A stretch of 37,232 nucleotides of DNA from Octopus sinensis (Eukaryota), in NCBI RefSeq assembly GCF_006345805.1, contig NW_021828086.1, forward strand, positions 1 to 37,232, read 5' to 3'. The stretch's first letter is position 1. The number at the start of each line of letters is the position of its first letter. The position numbers and the translations under genes are program-made. Under the pieces are notes generated by a model. That model searched no databases, was not told the DNA's origin, and saw only the letters and a program-made list of their open reading frames with translations. This document shows positions 25,615 through 36,993 of the stretch, in pieces.

Positions 25615-26465
25615 TGTATGTATATATGTATGTATGTATATATGCATGTATGTATGCATGTATGTATGTATGTATGTATGTATGCATATATGTATGTATG
25701 TATGTATGCATGTATGTATGTATGCATGTATGTATGTATGTATGTATGCATGTATGTATGTATGTATGTATGTATGTATGTATGTATCTATGTATGCATG
25801 TATGTATGTATATATGTATGTATGTAATATGCATGTATGTATGCAATGTATGTGGTATGTAGTATGCATATATGTATGTATGCATGTATGTATGTATGCA
25901 TTTATGTATGTATGCATGATGTATGTATGTATGTATGTATGTATGTATGTATGTATGCATATATGTATGTATGTATGCATACATGTATGTATGTATGATG
26001 TATGTATGTATGTTGTATGCATATATGTATGTATGCATGTATGTATGTATGCATTTATGTATGTATGCATGCATGTATGTATGTATGTATGTATGTATGT
26101 ATGTATGTATGCATATATGTATGTATGTATGCATACATGTATGTATGTATGCATGTATGTATGTATGCATGCATGCTTGTATGTATGTATGTATGTATGT
26201 ATGTAGGCATGCGTGTATGTATGTATGTATGTATATATGTATGCATGTATGTATGTATGTATGTATGTATGCATGTATGTGTGTATGCATGTATGTATTT
26301 ATATATGTATGCATATATGTATGTATGTATGTATGCATATATGTATGTATGTATGTATGCATATATGCATGTATGTATGTATGTATGCATGCGTGTGTGT
26401 ATGTATGTGCGTATCTATGTATGTATGTATGTGTGTGTGTATGTATGCATGAATATATGTATGCA
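25615..26465. repeat. (ATGT)n array with variants
   Basis: Visible repeat starting right at the Helitron 3' end. Confidence 0.97.
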
Positions 26466-27158
26466 TCTGTGAATGTATATTTAACTGTGAATATATCTTC
26501 AAATATTGAGTAAACTTCATTCTATTACACCGTGGAGCAAAGCAAAGCTGAAGTTGCTATGTTTTTAGTCTTTTTTTTTCTAAGTGGTTATGCCTTGAGT
26601 ACTAAGAGTGACTGAGTGATGACGAGAAATTTCAGGCAAGTGAAATAACTGCGTCTGTCATATAGTATGGCGTCTGTGTAATAACAGGAGATAAAATGTC
26701 TCTATTCAACAAAGAACGGTGGCATAGAGGCATAAATGATATACTTGATGATGTACGACTAAACTGAAACTTAATTCAGTGAAATAGAAACGACAAAGAA
26801 GCTTGTTTCATGTTCAGAGTAAGCATATTTTGGAATTCTCTTCGCATCATTAAACTACTGGAGCTGGTCTTCGTATCAAACGTATTTAATGGCCGTGCTA
26901 GTGTGAGAGCTAATCGATTTCTTCAAGGCATCACACTCCACCCAGGGATATATCCTAACATTTTATCAATGCTATTGAAATATTAGGGTTAAATTTATAT
27001 CGGTTCGGCCGACAGATACCAGGGCAGACGCAAACACGCACATGCGCATGCATAGATACATGCATACATATACATTCATACATGTACATATACATACGCA
27101 GGTGTACACATCCATACACATACACACACACGCATACGCACACACATATATATAAGTA

Positions 27159-27368
27159 TAACGGGAAGCTTTACGAAAATAAACAAAAGACGAAGGCAGG
27201 TGGAGTACAAACAAACAATTGTATTAATATGGCGCTCAGGAATAGAAATAAAACAAGTCTTTTACGTTTCGAGCCTACGCTCTTCAACAGAAAGATACAC
27301 AGAAAAGAAACACGGAGAGAAACAAGGAGAGAAAAAAAATGCGTGCAGGAGCTAACGAATCAACATGG
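27159..27368 (-). mobile_element. About 210-bp Penelope-like non-autonomous repeat carrying a hammerhead-like motif
   Basis: Reverse complement of 29362-29570; contains the motif at 27258-27295. Confidence 0.7.
27258..27295 (-). ncRNA. Minimal type-I hammerhead-like motif, GUA cleavage triplet, A6-to-U core variant
   Basis: Minus strand: TCTTT CTGTTGA A GAGC gtag GCTC GAA ACGT A AAAGA; 5-bp stem I, 4-bp stem II, palindromic ACGT stem III. Confidence 0.6.
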
Positions 27369-27531
27369 ATGTATATATGTATGTATATATGTATGTATAT
27401 ATGTATGTATATATGTATGTATATATGTATATATATGCAGGGTATACACACGCACACACACACACTCACGCACACATACACACACACATACATGATATAT
27501 ATGATTTATCGTCATTTAATGCGTTTGTGTA

Positions 27532-27824
27532 CACTCGGACGTGGGAAGATGTTCCCCTGCCGAAATAGTTCCGGAAGACAACATGCATGTGAATATGTGT
27601 GAAAACACATCATTTGACTTTGAATAATGTGTTTTTATTCATAAAAACGACCGTTCTTATACACATCTGATTAATTCGGTGTTCGTAGCTGATGAAGAAA
27701 GGTGTGCGTCCTACGGCTCAATAACGTCATTAATAGCCCATTGTTGTGATTTTACATAGTGTTTATGAGGAAAGACTTTTCCGGAGAGTTATTTCCGCAG
27801 TGAAAGCTCTTCCACGTCCGAGTA
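27532..27824. mobile_element. Tc1/mariner-type MITE
   Basis: About 50-bp imperfect TIRs (actcggacgtgg.aaga..ctgc.gaaata..tccggaa) and TA at both ends (27530-31, 27825-26). Confidence 0.75.
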
Positions 27825-28061
27825 TACATGAGCATATCAAAAATGATTGCACACACTTATATTTCATCCAACACTGCTTTATACATCTCTGTTGTGTGTG
27901 TGTGGGGGGGGGGTAGAAAGTTATCGGACAGGGAAGTTAGGGGTTAGGCTGCTAGCTGAATCTCAAGGTTGACATAAATCAACGTTTAAAACTTCCCTCA
28001 AGAGTTTTCTATAAACAACCCTTTCTCTGCATACGTTCTATAAAAGAAAATTATATTTTAA

Positions 28062-28423
28062 CTAGCAGTATCGCCCGGCGTTGCTCGGGTTTGTAAGGGA
28101 AATAACTATATAAGCATTTTTAGAGATGTAAAGTATAATAGCCATCTCAATATGGCTAACCACAAAGGGAGGGAGGTGTTACTGTAGCGTTTTACGTTCT
28201 GAGATTTAATAATAAATTTTTAGAGAGTTACTTCCCTTATATATGCCAAAAATGCATTAAAAATGGGAAAAATTGATGGTAAATTATACCCAGAAGGGCT
28301 CGATATGAATCACGACTATAAGATACCCGGTTTTGGTTAAACTGCACCGCAAAATGTGGGAGTAGTTAGGAATCTAAATCGTAGGAGACAGACAGCACAC
28401 AACCTCACTTTCATATATAAAGA
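28062..28423 (-). mobile_element. Helitron H1 copy with both termini
   Basis: Minus strand A|TCTTTATATATGAAAG ... CTAG|T. Confidence 0.88.
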
Positions 28424-28824
28424 TTTCAAGAAACGTTCACGATATCATTCTCAAAGCTGGTTGTCAATACGAAACAAAAAAAAAACAAATACATATTCGT
28501 CTACAAAGATGAACTTCCAAGTCCTGCTGTGATTATATGATCATTGATAATGCTTCAATAGTCTGCACAGAGTGAGCATAAAGTTATTGGATTACATACC
28601 TTACGAATACCCAGATATAAATGTAACATTATCGCGCACCATGGAATAGGATCGTGGCTCAAACTTTTATCAGTAATAGACATATTTATATTAACTTTTC
28701 CTTCCTTTCTTCTAGTGAGATGTTCGAAGCATTAATGAATGTCACGATCAATAGATATCAGTTATTGATAGTTAATTATATCTAGATGAATTATAATGTA
28801 TGTACATATATATATACACACAAA

Positions 28825-28866
<42 letters not shown>

Positions 28867-28942
28867 TACATCCTCTTCTCCTCACTACACCACATGACTT
28901 TACACATCACATCACATATGATGTGCCATACTATACACACAC

Positions 28943-29270
28943 CAACTAATACATACTAATACGTACTAATACATACTAGTACATACTAATACTTACACCA
29001 ACCCTTACATACACACGTCCAGACCCCGCATACGCACTTATACTCTCTCACACACACACACACACCTATACATACCAATACGTTACTAATACATACTAAT
29101 ACATACTATACATACACCACCCCATACATACGCACGTCCAGACCAATCTTACGCACTAATACTCTCTCATACACACAACACACACACACACACACACCCT
29201 TATACATACTAATACATACCACCAACCCTATACATACACACATCCAGACCCCTCCCATGCACTTTTAGCT
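28943..29270. repeat. Higher-order minisatellite, about 120-bp unit x3 with actaatacat sub-repeats
   Basis: Recurring (c/g)tccagacc and tacgcact.atactctctca blocks. Confidence 0.7.
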
Positions 29271-29361
29271 GGTCCCTCAACCCTTTATCACCCTATTATC
29301 TCCCCTTATTTCGCTCTCGCGTCTCATGTTTGATCTTTGACCTCTGGCCGAAATCAGATCG

Positions 29362-29568
29362 CCATGTTGATTCGTTAGCTACTGCACGCATTTTTTTCCT
29401 CTCCTTCTTTCTGTGTTTTCTCTCTCTGTGTATCTTTCTGTTGAAGAGCGTAGGCTCGAAACGTTAAAGACTTGTTTTTATTTATATTCCTGAGCGCCAT
29501 ACTAATACAATTGTTCGTTTGTTTTCCACCTGCCTTCGTCTTTTGTTTATTTTCATAAAGCTTCCCGT

Positions 29569-29570
<2 letters not shown>
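29362..29570 (+). mobile_element. About 210-bp Penelope-like non-autonomous repeat carrying a hammerhead-like motif
   Basis: Inverted copy of 27159-27368; ends in (AT)n. Confidence 0.7.
29433..29470 (+). ncRNA. Minimal type-I hammerhead-like motif, GUU triplet, A6-to-U core variant
   Basis: TCTTT CTGTTGA A GAGC gtag GCTC GAA ACGT T AAAGA. Confidence 0.6.
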
Positions 29571-29630
<60 letters not shown>

Positions 29631-29638
29631 ATATAATT

Positions 29639-30443
29639 ACTAATATAGGATGAAGTTTTTACAGAAAAAAATCTCATCAAAAAAGTGGCAGCATATTAAA
29701 ATACTTTTAAGGGTTAAAATTATAAACAACTTATAAACAAGGGCGAAAGAAAATTATTTCTATGCCAATATGCTGATAACAGACTTTTAAATCGTCAATT
29801 TCCACATATTATTATATACCCACCACAGAAATACGTTGTGCTGAAATTGAGGAAAGCTAGCCAACAGAATTTAAAAAAAAAGTTCGTTATTTCTATATTG
29901 AATCAATTTCGGAATTAATCTCAAAGATTTTTTTCCTCTTCTGTAGAAAATACGAATAGAAATAAATGAAATATTTACATGCGCCCATGGGAAAAAAGCC
30001 GAAGCAAAAGTCATGAGTACACATAAGTACCCCAGATATATCTAAATATAAAATCCTTTGGCTAGCCTCAGCACAGGTGTGAACTGTTCTCCACCACAGT
30101 TTATAGTGGTTACCAGTTCCTATAGCGAATAGTAATAAATCTACTACTAATATAGGTGAAGCTTTTTTACAGAAAAAAATTTCATCAAAAAGTGGCAGCA
30201 TATTAAAATACCTTTAAAGGTTAAAATTATAAACAACTTATAAAGAAGGGCAAAAGAAAATTATTTCTGTCAAATATGCTGATAACAGACTTTTAAATCG
30301 TCAATTTCCACATATATACCCACCACAGAAATACGTTGTGCTGAAAACGAGGAAAGCTAGCCAACAGAATTTTTTAAAAAAAAGTTCGTTATTTCTATAC
30401 TGAATCAATTTCGGAATTATTCTCAAAGATTTTTTTCCTCTTC
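29639..30443 (+). repeat. About 300-bp direct repeat pair (29639-29941 and 30146-30443)
   Basis: Colinear, roughly 90% identical by eye, with a spacer of about 200 bp. Confidence 0.9.
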
Positions 30444-30890
30444 ATGAGTGTATGTGTGTATTCAATTATGAATTAAAACAGTTGTAGTATGGTAAACGTA
30501 ATCGACCGCACATTCTCAATTCATGTATTTTACTTGTTCATCTGTTCCCAGCCTTACAGCGCTCTGAGGACGACCCCCTCACAGCACTGGGTGTTAAAAC
30601 ACCTAAAAGTTACAGGCAGGCAAGACAACTCGCCCCTAGTTCCATCCAGGAGTGATGGATACCGATGTGTCGCCATTACTTTGGCTTATTACTGTCATGT
30701 AGCTGAATCGAAACGGGGGCGAACTCAATCGCAATTCTGACTATATACAAATAGTGTAAGAACCATTTGCTGGTATACCGTATATTAGGGGAGAACATCA
30801 TGTTAATTTACCAGTATCATGCATTTTATCATCAAAAGGGTTAATTAGACCATTCTTTATTTTTAGACTGTAACAGATCCAATTTACTTC

Positions 30891-31250
30891 GTATGCCGTA
30901 GTGGTTAAGAGAGCGGGTTACTAAACCCAAGATTCCGAATTCGATTCCAGGCAGTAACCTGAATAATAATAATAATGATAATAATATAATAATAATAATA
31001 TATAATAATAATAATAATAATGATAATAATAATAATGATTAATAATAATAATAATAATAATATAATAATAATAAAATAATAATAATAATAATAATAATAA
31101 TATCGAAAAATACCTTAGGAATGAGAACCCAGGTTCGAAATTTCCCCAAGACATCTGATGAAGGCTGGAGGGTATATCAGCCGAAACGTTGTGTTAACAA
31201 CAAACAAGATGAGGACAAATATCCGTCAATTGTAAATAATGTAAATAACG
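30891..31250 (+). mobile_element. tRNA-headed SINE with internal (AAT)n and a 3' hammerhead motif; 7-bp TSD
   Basis: A-box-like TGCCGTAGTGG (30894-30904), B-box-like ATTCGATTC (30939-47), (AAT)n 30962-31101, TSD ttacttc at 30884-90 and 31251-57. Confidence 0.8.
31150..31195 (+). ncRNA. Minimal type-I hammerhead ribozyme motif with canonical core
   Basis: GACAT CTGATGA A GGCTG gagggtatat CAGCC GAA ACGT T GTGTT: stem I of 5 bp (2 G-U), stem II of 5 bp, palindromic ACGT, GUU triplet; predicted cut after 31190. Confidence 0.7.
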
Positions 31251-31680
31251 TTACTTCAACTTGTTCTGACAATGCGTCTTGCAAAGTATTCAAGTGGAGT
31301 TTGAAGATGTGTTTTTGTTTTGTTTTGTTTTCTAAGCAAGGTAGTGCACCTCGCATACCATCATAATATTAGGGCTTAACTAGGAAAGGTTTTGCTAAAC
31401 GGGTGGATTGGACGAAGACCTTTATTAGTATACCTCCTGCGTTCACCGGACTTCACACTATAGACTTCATTTTTATTGCGCTATTTAAAAAAATAACGTT
31501 TACGATACAAAACCGGTCACACTCGACGAATTGAGAGGTGCCACTGAACGAGGATACGCACAAATACCAAAAGGAATGTTTCTTGATGTTTACAATTACA
31601 CTGCTTTCTGTTATCAGCCTGGAACAGAACAGTCATCGGTTTGAAAATAGTTTTTCATTAGCAGAATTAAATTTTCAGTA

Positions 31681-32061
31681 TCTCTTTTACTCTTTCACTT
31701 GTTTCAGTCATTTGACTGCGGCCATGCTGGAGCACCGCCTTTAGTCGAGCAAATCGACCCCGGGACTTATTCTTTTGTAAGCCCAGTACTTATTCTATCG
31801 GTCTCTTTTGCCGAACCGCTAAGTAACGGGGACGTAAACACACCAGCATCGGTTGTCAAGCAATGCTAGGGGGACAAACATACATATATACATATATACG
31901 ACAGGCTTCTTTCAGTTTCCGTCTACCAAATCCACTCACAAGGCATTGGTCGGCCCGGGGCTATAGCAGAAGACACTTGCCCAAGATGCCACGCAGTGGG
32001 ACTGAACCCAGAACCATGTGGTTGGTTAGCAAGCTACTTACCACACAGCCACTCCTGCGCC
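31681..32061 (-). mobile_element. tRNA-derived SINE family A, full length
   Basis: Near-identical to 4516-4916. Confidence 0.92.
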
Positions 32062-32403
32062 TATTCAATTATTCATTTAAATTTTGAAAAATAAGTGTAT
32101 TTTCATAGGCGTTTAAAGTGTGCATGGATGTCTTTTTGAACGCCTTATTGCTCGCACTTGTATGTCATGCATTGTTATTTGGAATTTCACGAGATACATG
32201 AAATGACTATAACGTGGAATTCCAAGTTGAAGCACATGAATTACAAAGCCCGAATAATAAATAATTATGTTCAGCAATAAGTATTGAGAAGTTCTCGCAG
32301 TAGAAAAGCAAACGCACGCACACGCACACATACACACGCACACGCACACACACGCGCACACACACCACATATATGCACATATATGTGTATGTGTGTATGT
32401 ATG

Positions 32404-32434
<31 letters not shown>

Positions 32435-32539
32435 TGAGAGGTGAGGGAGGAGGGGAGAGAGAGAGAGCGAGATCAAATTTACATAACACAAAAACACAGA
32501 AACAACAAGCAGGTGTATTAGTTTAACGCTCGGGAAATA

Positions 32540-32670
32540 TATGGATGTATATATTTATGTATGTATGTATTTATGTATGTATGTATGTATATATTTATGT
32601 ATGTATGTATTTATGTATGTATGTAGTATGTATGTATGTATGTATGTATGTATGTATGTATGTATGTATA
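32540..32670. repeat. (ATGT)n microsatellite
   Basis: Visible repeat. Confidence 0.9.
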
Positions 32671-32838
32671 GGAGTTTTGTGCGTTGTACATTGTCTAACT
32701 TTCGTTCTGAAAAATGTTTTGATGACTTCAAAACAAGTGAGCCTAAACCAATGTATGACTGGTATTTATTTTATCGATCCTGTTGGAATGGCAAACAAAT
32801 ATTGATCTATTATAGTATTTGAAACGGTGGAATTTAAT

Positions 32839-32998
32839 TCTGTGAGTTCAAATTCCGCCGAGGTCGACTTTGCCTTTCATCCTTTCGGGGTCGATAAATT
32901 AAGTACCAGTTACGCACTGGGGTCGATGTAATCGACTTAATACCTATGTCTGTCCCCTCTATGTTTAGCCCTTTGTGGGTAATAAAGAAATAGGTATT
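32839..32998 (+). mobile_element. SINE family B, 5'-truncated but well preserved
   Basis: gagttcaaattccgccgaggtcgactttgcctttcatcctttcggggtcgataaattaagtaccag; a diverged inverted fragment lies at about 32757-32790. Confidence 0.85.
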
Positions 32999-33249
32999 TA
33001 ATTCTCAACTGTTTATGGGTTGTACTTATAATCAATTATTTCAAATTATTTTCTCAAGATTACCTCATATCTTCCCTGAAGCATGAACATCACAACATCA
33101 CAATACATACGGCTCCTAATGATCTATTTCTAAGATCATGTACCCTTATATGGGTTAATCAGTATTTGACTGTATCTTCTTGCGTTAGTGTAAAATGTCC
33201 AGTTCATTATCTCCCTTGTGAATCTTGTTTCCGACAACCATCTACGACG

Positions 33250-33761
33250 GTGATAATGAAGATGAGGAGTCTGAGAAGATGAGGCAAAGGCACAGTGCCG
33301 ATGAGAGGGATTATGGTTATGGCAGAGGCATTCCTAAAAATGTAAGGGTGGGTAGCGGTTGGAGATTATGACACTTGTGGTAACGACGAGAATGATGGGG
33401 CCGAAGAAGATTGTGATGATGGGGATCATGGTAATCATGACGATGACGATGACGACGGCGACGAGAAGGTGTAGGTCGAGAAGGAGGAGGATGGAGAGAA
33501 GGAGGATGGTTGCTGTGGTTGCGGTTGCGGTGGTGGTGGTTGTGGTGGCGATGGTGGTGGTGGTGACGATGATGACAATAGAGATGGCTGATGTGGGTGG
33601 GGTTGATGTAGAAGATAATCATTACGATAGCAGCGGTTATAGTAATGATGATGATGGTGATGGTTATTGTTCGATGAGAAAACACAAATAAAAATGCTCT
33701 GATGAACACAGCGGTTGATTAATTGCTAACAGACACCTGCTGTTCAATGTGGGGAACAGTG

Positions 33762-33814
<53 letters not shown>

Positions 33815-33816
33815 GG

Positions 33817-33847
<31 letters not shown>

Positions 33848-33863
33848 GGTAGTAGTAGTGGTG

Positions 33864-33917
<54 letters not shown>
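33250..33917. repeat. Degenerate GAT/GGT low-complexity tract, then (GTA)n/(GGT)n
   Basis: Visible trinucleotide periodicity. Confidence 0.8.
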
Positions 33918-33918
<1 letters not shown>

Positions 33919-34039
33919 GTGTTGTTAATATTGTTGTTTATTTCCGGTAAAGAAATGGCGTTGATACTAACCGGAAGCGGAAGAGAGGAATGAATCAGTA
34001 AATGAACATAACGACGCAACGTACAATGTATGTCAGATT

Positions 34040-34171
34040 GAGTAAATGAAAAAGAAGACGATATATATATGCTGTGTGTGTGTGTATGTGTGTGTGTGTG
34101 TATGTGTGTGTGTATGTGTGCGCGCGCGCGTGTGCTTGCGCTTATGTATACATATATATATCAATATGTAT

Positions 34172-34203
<32 letters not shown>

Positions 34204-34235
34204 CTTATATATATTATCATATATATATATATATA

Positions 34236-34302
<67 letters not shown>

Positions 34303-34496
34303 CAGGTGTGTGTATATTTGTATATAAGTAGATACATTACATATTAAAGGGAAAATGCAAAACAAAAATAATAACAGTTTATCGACATATACTACTGTAT
34401 ATATGAGGTAAAAGTATTGATTGTTTGTGAACGGTTGAATTATTCCTTTGGTGGAATAAGTAATTCTGCCAAATTACCGACAATATACTGGGAAAT

Positions 34497-34538
<42 letters not shown>

Positions 34539-34570
34539 TATATATATATATATATATGTATATATATAGG
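34040..34570. repeat. (TG)n/(TA)n tracts
   Basis: Visible repeats at about 34040-34310 and 34500-34568. Confidence 0.85.
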
Positions 34571-34772
34571 TAAGTGTGCAAGTGGTGTGTAGTGAAAATG
34601 GACTCAGTTGTAACGTCAGTTACCGTCATAGATTTCACAGATTTTGAAATTAATTAGAGAAGTGTATGGTATAGAAATCGTTAATGGATAAATTTGCTTT
34701 TAATAAATATCGTTTTTTTCTCACTTGTTCTGAAAATAAAAGTAGAAATATTGTACATTTGAGTGCATACAT

Positions 34773-34809
<37 letters not shown>

Positions 34810-35007
34810 AAATCCAAAAATGGACGTCTTCGTACTACGCATATTCTTCATTACGATCGTTTCAACAAAGGTCATTTTGACCTGTCTCTGATGAAATGAG
34901 CCTGGATCGCATGTAGCATTATATTACATAATCATTATGTAAATTCAGAACTCATTATGTAAATTCAGAACTTATCTGCGCCGTGTAATGATGGTAAAGA
35001 TCGAGTT

Positions 35008-35075
35008 CGATAAATGAAGTGCCAATTGAGCTCTGGGGTCGATATAGTCGACTTACCACCCCTCCCCTCGATATT
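35008..35075 (+). mobile_element. SINE family B 3' fragment
   Basis: gataaatgaagtgccaattgagctctggggtcgatatagtcgact. Confidence 0.5.
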
Positions 35076-35152
35076 GTTGGTAATGTGCCATGTGGTTTCA
35101 GTTAGTGGTGTATAATCTCTCATTAAGTGTGTGTAGTATATATACCACATCT

Positions 35153-35410
35153 GAGACCCCCTTCGGTCACGACACAGACCATCGGATCGCACCTAGAAAG
35201 TTACCCTCCCAGGCACAAGTCCGGGAAAGGTTGTTTTATGGAAGACAAGCAGTCGCCCATGCATACCGGCTTCCCCTCTCCGCGCCACCAGTGTTATCCA
35301 AAGGAAAGGCAAAGGGGACGATACAGCGTGGCACCTGTGACGTCGCAACTCATTTCTACAGCTGAGTGAACTGGAGCAACGTGAAATAAAGTGTCTTGCT
35401 CAAGAACACA
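35153..35410 (-). mobile_element. 5'-truncated SINE sharing its central domain with 14919-15224 but with a different tail
   Basis: Minus strand tgtgttcttgagcaagacactttatttcacgttgctccagttcactcagctg matches 14998-15050. Confidence 0.7.
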
Positions 35411-35554
35411 TATATACCACAACAATAAAGATTATTGAGTGTGTGTGTGTGTGTTTGTTTTTGTCATTTTTTTATAAAGGGTTGATATGTGTCACAATAG
35501 TATCCAATCGCCTGCAGACAGCTCTGGTCTGCGAATACCAATTTTTCTCCAAAG

Positions 35555-35594
35555 ATTTCCTGATGAAGGGCTCCTAACCGTGAAATATTAAAAT
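35555..35594 (+). ncRNA. Degenerate minimal hammerhead-like motif
   Basis: ATTTC CTGATGA A GGGctcctaaCCGT GAA ATAT T AAAAT; palindromic ATAT stem III; stems I and II imperfect. Confidence 0.4.
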
Positions 35595-35651
35595 ACCAGG
35601 TAAAACTATCAACCTGAAGTATTACAATAACTTGCATTGATTTGGCTTTTA

Positions 35652-35652
35652 A

Positions 35653-35723
<71 letters not shown>

Positions 35724-35938
35724 CGTGTTTGCTCCCCCCCAACCCCTCTTGATGACTGGTGTTAGTTTGCTTACATCCTCGTAACTTAGCGTTTCGGTAA
35801 AAGAAGCTGGTAAAATAAGGACTAGGCTTTAAAAGTAATAAGTACTGATGTCGATTTGTTTCACCGACCCTTTTGAAGGCGGTGACCCAGGATGGCCACA
35901 GTCCAATAACTGAAACAAATATCAGATAAAAGATAAAA
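35652..35938 (+). mobile_element. (CA)n plus the diverged 3' half of SINE family A
   Basis: gtaacttagcgtttcgg..ggcggtgacccaggatggccacagtccaataactgaaacaa..gataaaagataaaa. Confidence 0.7.
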
Positions 35939-36294
35939 CAGTTTGTAAAGCCCGGGGTATAGAGTCTGTTTCGATTCCGCTTAGAAAGTTGTTTTTATTT
36001 ACTTATGAAACGTTTGATCGGTTACAATTTTCTATACTCATTATTTAAGAAATCTGAGGTAGAACAGTTACCCCGCCGGACTTTAGGATTTTCATTCGCA
36101 TGCACAGCAACACCGGATAGCCGTAAACTATAAAATAACTTTTTTCAGCTTATCGAACTCCGATATGGGAAAAACTTGCAACAACATGCGCCAATGAACC
36201 ACTATTGTTCCTGAAAGTTGGCTTTTATACCTTCTACAGACTGCTTGAGACTTACTAACTTCCTACGCCTTGATCCTTCGCTCTTGCCTTTACA

Positions 36295-36364
36295 CACATA
36301 CATACATACATACATACATACATACATACATACATACATACATACATGCATGCATACATACATA
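36295..36364. repeat. (ACAT)n microsatellite
   Basis: Visible repeat, opposite orientation to the large arrays. Confidence 0.95.
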
Positions 36365-36496
36365 CTTTGTGACATTTCTGCTTCAAATAGTCGAGTTCAA
36401 CTTCACCTTAAATCTTTTCAGCATCGATACAATAAACTCCAGTTGAGCCCTGCTGTCGATAAAATCGACCACCACACATATACTTATGCACTATGA

Positions 36497-36688
36497 TATA
36501 ATGTTGTATTCAGTAGGAAAACAGATGCTAACAATCCTACAAAATTTTCCGCCGCTGTAGGCAACCATTTTCCTAAATCCAATAAATACAATATAAACCT
36601 TGTCCGGCACACTGTCAGATTAGCATTCTCTACTAGCAAAAATTTAACCCAAAATATTGCAGCGCATAAACATTCGGAAAACATCTGA
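36497..36688 (+). mobile_element. Probable Penelope-like element ORF fragment (region C-terminal to the RT)
   Basis: Reads ..KFSAAVGNHFPKSNKYNINLVRHTVRLAFSTSKNLTQNIAAHK, resembling the PLE pattern FL.LI.KHFP..H.L.KIFNRNTVK.SYSC.PN...II..HN (recalled consensus). Confidence 0.55.
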
Positions 36689-36710
36689 ATTCCATAACAA
36701 AAAAGACCGC

Positions 36711-36813
36711 AATAAAATAATAATAATAATAATAATAATAATATAATAATAAGATAATAATAATAATGATGATGCTGATGATGATGAGGATAATAATAAT
36801 AATAATAATAATA

Positions 36814-36854
<41 letters not shown>

Positions 36855-36872
36855 TTAATAATAATAATAATG

Positions 36873-36908
<36 letters not shown>

Positions 36909-36993
36909 TAATAATAATAATAAAATTGATAATAATAATAATATAATAATAATAATAATAATAAAATATAATAATAATAATAATAATAATAAT
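36711..36993. repeat. (AAT)n microsatellite
   Basis: Visible repeat. Confidence 0.97.

Larger units (their letters stand above)
30700..31650 (+). mobile_element. Decayed Tc1/mariner-superfamily transposase (catalytic domain), interrupted by the SINE at 30891-31250
   Basis: Across frameshifts: HHVNLP..LSSKGLIRPFF..TVTDPIYF|NL..QVEFEDVF..QGSAP (cf. QQDGAP)..WIGRR..RSPDFT (cf. WPPRSPDL)..VYDTKPVTLDELRGA..IPKGMFLDV..EQNSHRFEN. Confidence 0.85.

Noticed and set aside
28597-28797. Splice-like signals on both strands
   Set aside because: The + strand candidate has stops in all frames; the minus-strand frame is short, lacks a good acceptor and is unrecognisable.
30564-30605. CTGAGGA cgaccc..gggtg hammerhead-like string
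   Set aside because: GAAA is absent and the stems are weak; at best a heavily decayed remnant.
30834-30844. AAAGGG|TTAA as the missing right end of the piggyBac-like element at 25002
   Set aside because: It lies within the mariner coding remnant (K-G-L-I) and the TIR match stops after 6 bp.
33222-33345. Acidic open frame IYDGDNEDEESEK.. ending at a GTAAG donor
   Set aside because: No acceptor between the upstream stop and the frame, and it lies at the edge of a decayed GAT repeat.
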